Assembly (NCBI RefSeq): GCF_009914755.1
Contig: NC_060947.1
From: the human T2T-CHM13v2.0 reference genome, Homo sapiens
Direction: 5' to 3' (one strand)
DNA: 64,000 bases
Part shown: piece after piece, positions 60,250-64,000 of the stretch
How the letters are laid out: each line of letters starts with the position of its first letter
Numbering within the stretch: position 1 is the stretch's first letter
Notes under the pieces: model-generated
Told to the model about the DNA's origin: nothing
Database searches by the model: none
Seen by the model: the letters and a program-made list of their open reading frames with translations, nothing else
Position numbers and translations under genes: made by a program

Positions 60250-61140
60250 TGACTATTGAACAAGACAAATTTGAAATTAAGAGACATTAACAAAGACATT
60301 AAGAGTGGTAATAAAGAGAAGAGATCTAGAAATATTGAGACCAGTGAATCATTGGGATTTGGTAGCAAATTGGTTGTAGAATGTGCAGTGGAAATAATAG
60401 ATAAGAGTAATCTCAATTTTTTTTGCTTGAGTGATTAAGCAAATGATGGTGTAATTCCTATGAGAAAAGTAACATGATGTGTCAATTCAGATCCCAAGAA
60501 ATAAGATTTAGAGAAGGAGTATGAATTATAAGATTTATTTGAGAAAATTCCTGTGAAGGATAGAAGAAAAAGATATGAGGAGTAGGCAAGAAGATCAATT
60601 AGATTGCAGTATAGCCTGACACCAATGAAAACAGAAAAAAAGAAGAATTTGATTAAATTTCATCAGACTGCAGTGCATCTTTGAAGAAAGCTTCATCTAA
60701 AATAATAAAAAGGGCCAAAATAAACATTGCCTATTAAAAGTGTCCCACTTTAGGCAGAAATTACCCAGATTTAGTATTTCTCCTATGTCCAATCATTGGC
60801 CCAGAACAGCCCAGGGAGAGCATGACCTCAGTGTAAGTACTGAGATGGAACTAAAAGATGTATTACTTGAAAACTGCAGGATTTTTTCTTGAAGAAAAAT
60901 TATGGCTACCACACATAGGGTAGTAGAGAAAATTTGAAGGCAAAGGTGAGAAGTGATATGATGCATTCAGTTTTCACACATCAAAATTAAAGTGTGAGCT
61001 GCCTTACAGACAGTAGAATATGCAGGTCTGGCACTGAGGACAAAAATCAAGCCTAGAGATGCAGATTTGAGACTCTTCAGGGAAAAGATGACAGAAAAAG
61101 CAATAGGATGGTTAAGATTTCATAAAACAAAAGTGTAGAT
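60250..61140 (-). mobile_element. L2 fragment interrupted by an LTR
   Basis: TTTTGCTTGAGTGATTAAGCAAATGATGGTG and TTCAGTTTTCACACAT..GGTCTGG..GAGATGCAGATTTGAGACTC resemble L2. Confidence 0.6.
60478..60915 (-). mobile_element. Old ERVL LTR (LTR16-like)
   Basis: AGATTTATTTG..CCTGTGAAGGATA..CAGACTGCAGTGCA..CAATCATTGGC..CAGCCCAGGGAGAGCATG. Confidence 0.7.
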
Positions 61141-61154
61141 TTATATGAGATCAT

Positions 61155-61295
61155 GTACTAGCTTTAAAAGTATGTTCAATAATTACTTAATACTAATCCA
61201 TTTAAGAAGGGAAGGCTAATTTCTGTCCCCTTGAGTGTAGGTAAGACTTAATGAGGTTCTTACTTACTAAGTACTTACTTAAGACTTAATGACTT
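61155..61295 (+). mobile_element. MLT1-type (MaLR) LTR 5' fragment
   Basis: GGCTAATTTCTGTCCCCTTGAGTGTAGG..GACTTAATGAC resembles the MLT1 start. Confidence 0.45.
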
Positions 61296-61297
61296 AA

Positions 61298-61905
61298 TTT
61301 TTTATTACTATCAGTATTGAAATAGAATTCACATACCATATAATTTATATTTTTACTGTGTACAATTTAGTGATGTTTGGTATATTCATAAGGCTGTGCA
61401 ACCATCACCACTATATAATTGAAAATATTTTCATCACCCCAAAAAGGAACACATTCCTTACTAATTATTCCACAAACTTCTTTTGCTCAGCCCCTGATAA
61501 CTACTAATTTACTGTGTCTCTCCATATTAGGCTACAGTAGACATTTCATTAAATGGCATTATACAATACATGTGTTTTTGTGTTTGTCTTCTTTCACTTA
61601 GCATGTTTCCAAGTTTTGTCCATGTTGGAGCATGTATTAATACTTTATACCTTTTTATGGCTGAAAAATATCCCATTGTAAGAGTATACACATTTTCTAT
61701 AGCCAATCATCAGTTAATAAACGTTTAGGATTTTCCCACTGTTTTAATATTATAAATGACATCATTACAAATATTTTTGTGTATAGACATATACTTTTAA
61801 TTATTTTTCACATATACCTAAGAATTTGATTGATTTGTCATAGGGTAATTTTATGTGTAATTTTTTGAGAAACTTTCAAACTGACTTTCAAAGGAGCTAC
61901 ACAAC
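61298..61905 (-). mobile_element. L1MB-type 3' end
   Basis: ATTGAAATAGAATTCACATACCAT..TGTGCAACCATCACCAC..TTTTCATCACCCCAAAAAG. Confidence 0.8.
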
Positions 61906-62166
61906 TTAATTCTGGTAAATGTGTAACAAAAGCTCAGTATAACTCAGCAAACACAGTACAAAGCTGCACAACTCAGAAGTCAAACTGGCCAGCCAGCAAT
62001 GGTACATTGTTGACTAGCATGCTGAGAGAGCATGCTAGTCAACAAACAGTAGCTCAAAGACTATTGTCAACAACAAGTAGCAGAGACAGTTCATAAGCCA
62101 AAGGAAGAGGGGTATGATTCTGGTGGACATGACCAGTGCCTGTACATCCTGCTGATAGCAGTAATT

Positions 62167-62573
62167 TGTTATGGACATATTACAGAAACAGAAGACTACA
62201 GTCCCACACCAAAAATTGATCTTAGCTGTTAATATTGATGATGCCACAAACATACTAATCAGCTAAGAAAAGGCTTACGACACACATATTGAGTTTCTTG
62301 GATAGCAGTGCAAACTTTTTAAGTATGTCCAAAGTCACTTGAGAGAACACAGAAAGGAAAGTTGTTTGAGAGTTTTTATGGTATTAGAAAGTGAAGCTGT
62401 GGTGAAGGTTCTCATGTGTGGATAAAGTTTGCATGCTTTCAACTTTATGCCAACACCAAAAAGGGAACAACTAGGCATTCTTATTAGCTTTCCCAGATAC
62501 AGGGTAGAAAAAGTAGACGTGAGGCTGAAAAGCTGTCAGAAGCCAAACATCAAAGTATGATGAGTTTATTACA
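62167..62573 (-). mobile_element. Old LTR, family not pinned
   Basis: TG...CA-bounded segment ending AAGCTGTCAGAAGCCAAACATCAAA..TTTATTACA, with an antisense TATA-like TTTTTATGG. Confidence 0.45.
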
Positions 62574-62639
62574 CTCAAATGTGTGTATGGATTGGTTGTG
62601 TGGAATTTTAGGATTTTCTATATACAATATAATGTCAAG

Positions 62640-63680
62640 TGATGTCAGCAAGATGGCAGAACAGGAGGTCTCAGCCCTCATCTACTCACAGAAACAATAA
62701 TAAAACAAAAATACTTGGGCCAAATTACCTTTCTAAGGCCTCCAGAATCCAAGTAAGAAGTTGCAACACCTCAGATAAGCACAAAATAAAGAAAAACAAC
62801 TTGGAAACAGGTAATAAGAGCTGTTTACCTTTAACCATGTGAACCTCTCCCAGAAGCTAGCACAGCTCAGTGCCAAGAAACATCCACTAGGCCCATGATT
62901 TCTCCCTCAGGGGAAAGACTGACTGAAGCATGCATCTGACATCCTCAGCCATAAAGAGCAATGCTTGAGAGATCTATGTCTGTTGCATCTTCCTCAGAAT
63001 GCTGAGGCAACCAGCTTAGTTAAAATGCCTGGGAACAGATAAGAACAAAAAAAAAGATGGCGGCTCTCAGCAGCCTAAAAAGCTCTGAAGGATTGAAAGT
63101 AGGTGCACAATTTTCAAGACTTCACTTTTAGGAGGGTGGGAGAAAAGTGGAGGTTGCTCTCTGTCTCCCAGAGTTGTAGTGCACCACACTAGGAAAAAGA
63201 AGCAAGCACCTCTCAGAAGTCTGCAAGGTTCTGTGGGATTGAGAAATAATACACAATCCTAACACTTCTCCTCAGAAAAAAGGGAGAAAAGTAGAACTTG
63301 CACCCGGCTTCTGGCATTCCAATGGACTCCTGTAGGGAAAAGTGGTTGGTGGCTATGAGCAACAGGCACTACTCTGCAGGATTAACAGAAGATGCATAAT
63401 TCTGAGAAACTTCATATCCACAAGGGAGGGAAAGAAATGGATCTTGATCTCAATCTCCCAACACTTCAATGCAATTCCCTAGAGAAAAGGAGTGGGACGC
63501 TATCAGGAGCCAGCATGACTCTACAGGATAGAGAGAAGGTGCACAATCCCGAGACCCCACTTAAGGATGAAGGAAGAGATGTATATCTTGCATCCCCCCA
63601 TGGCATTATAGTGTACTGCCCTGGGGAAAATGAGTGGGTGTGTCTCATCACCTGGCATATCTCAGCAAGATAGAAAGAAG
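62640..63680 (+). mobile_element. Old L1 (L1M) 5' UTR
   Basis: Begins GATGTCAGCAAGATGGCAGAACAGGAGG (YY1-type L1 start), followed by internally repetitive 5' UTR-like sequence. Confidence 0.65.
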
Positions 63681-64000
63681 TGAGATAGGAGATAGAAAGA
63701 AATTATTTAGGTAGATAGTTAAGGTAAAAGAGTCCCTGGCAGGAATTTTTCTTCTAACAAGAAGCAGCTCAGAAATTACTTCCTTTCTAATCACACACTG
63801 TTTCAAGAAATCACTTCTCTTCTAACAAAGAACAGCCTAGAAGATTGGGCTGTGAAATATAGATAAGCAACTCCAGCACAGAGAGTTTCCTGGGTAATCA
63901 CCAAACTTCATATACATATGATGGGTCCCAGTAAAAACAGTGAGCCTTAATGTGCACATTCCTTTCCCATTTTTTGGGCACACTAAGATAGGAAAGCTGG
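63681..64000 (+). mobile_element. MER4-group (MER50-like) LTR running off the window
   Basis: AGAAAGAAATTATTTAGGTAGA..GCAGCTCA..GAAATCACTT is homologous to the reverse complement of 20270-20621 and 23281-23444. Confidence 0.85.

Noticed and set aside
59622-60612. Hairpins and direct repeats as a CRISPR-like array or terminators
   Set aside because: Only two copies, no repeat-spacer periodicity, and a eukaryotic context with no cas genes

Overview
This is primate, almost certainly human, AT-rich intergenic DNA, made mostly of nested transposable elements. They include many LINE-1 copies of all ages (L1M, L1MA, L1PB, L1PA, and one human-specific pre-Ta L1HS), about 10 Alus, MIR and L2, a Tigger-type DNA transposon relic, a 5'-deleted HERV-L provirus with its MLT2A LTR, a solo MLT2A LTR, a deleted MER4-group ERV1 provirus and several other LTRs. 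The only cellular-gene-derived sequence I recognise is an old processed pseudogene of HNRNPH3 (about 36.7-39.3 kb). This and the L1 density suggest the X chromosome (inference from recall, not checked). I see no intact protein-coding gene, tRNA, rRNA or CRISPR array, and no evidence for a new biological system. The most interesting signals are mechanistic fossils: a twin-primed pre-Ta L1HS with open ORF2 pieces, two candidate L1 3' transductions, a tail-less L1 insertion, and hairpin or templated-insertion repair scars. Repeat subfamily names are assigned by eye from recalled consensus sequences, and most boundaries are approximate unless a TSD is quoted.
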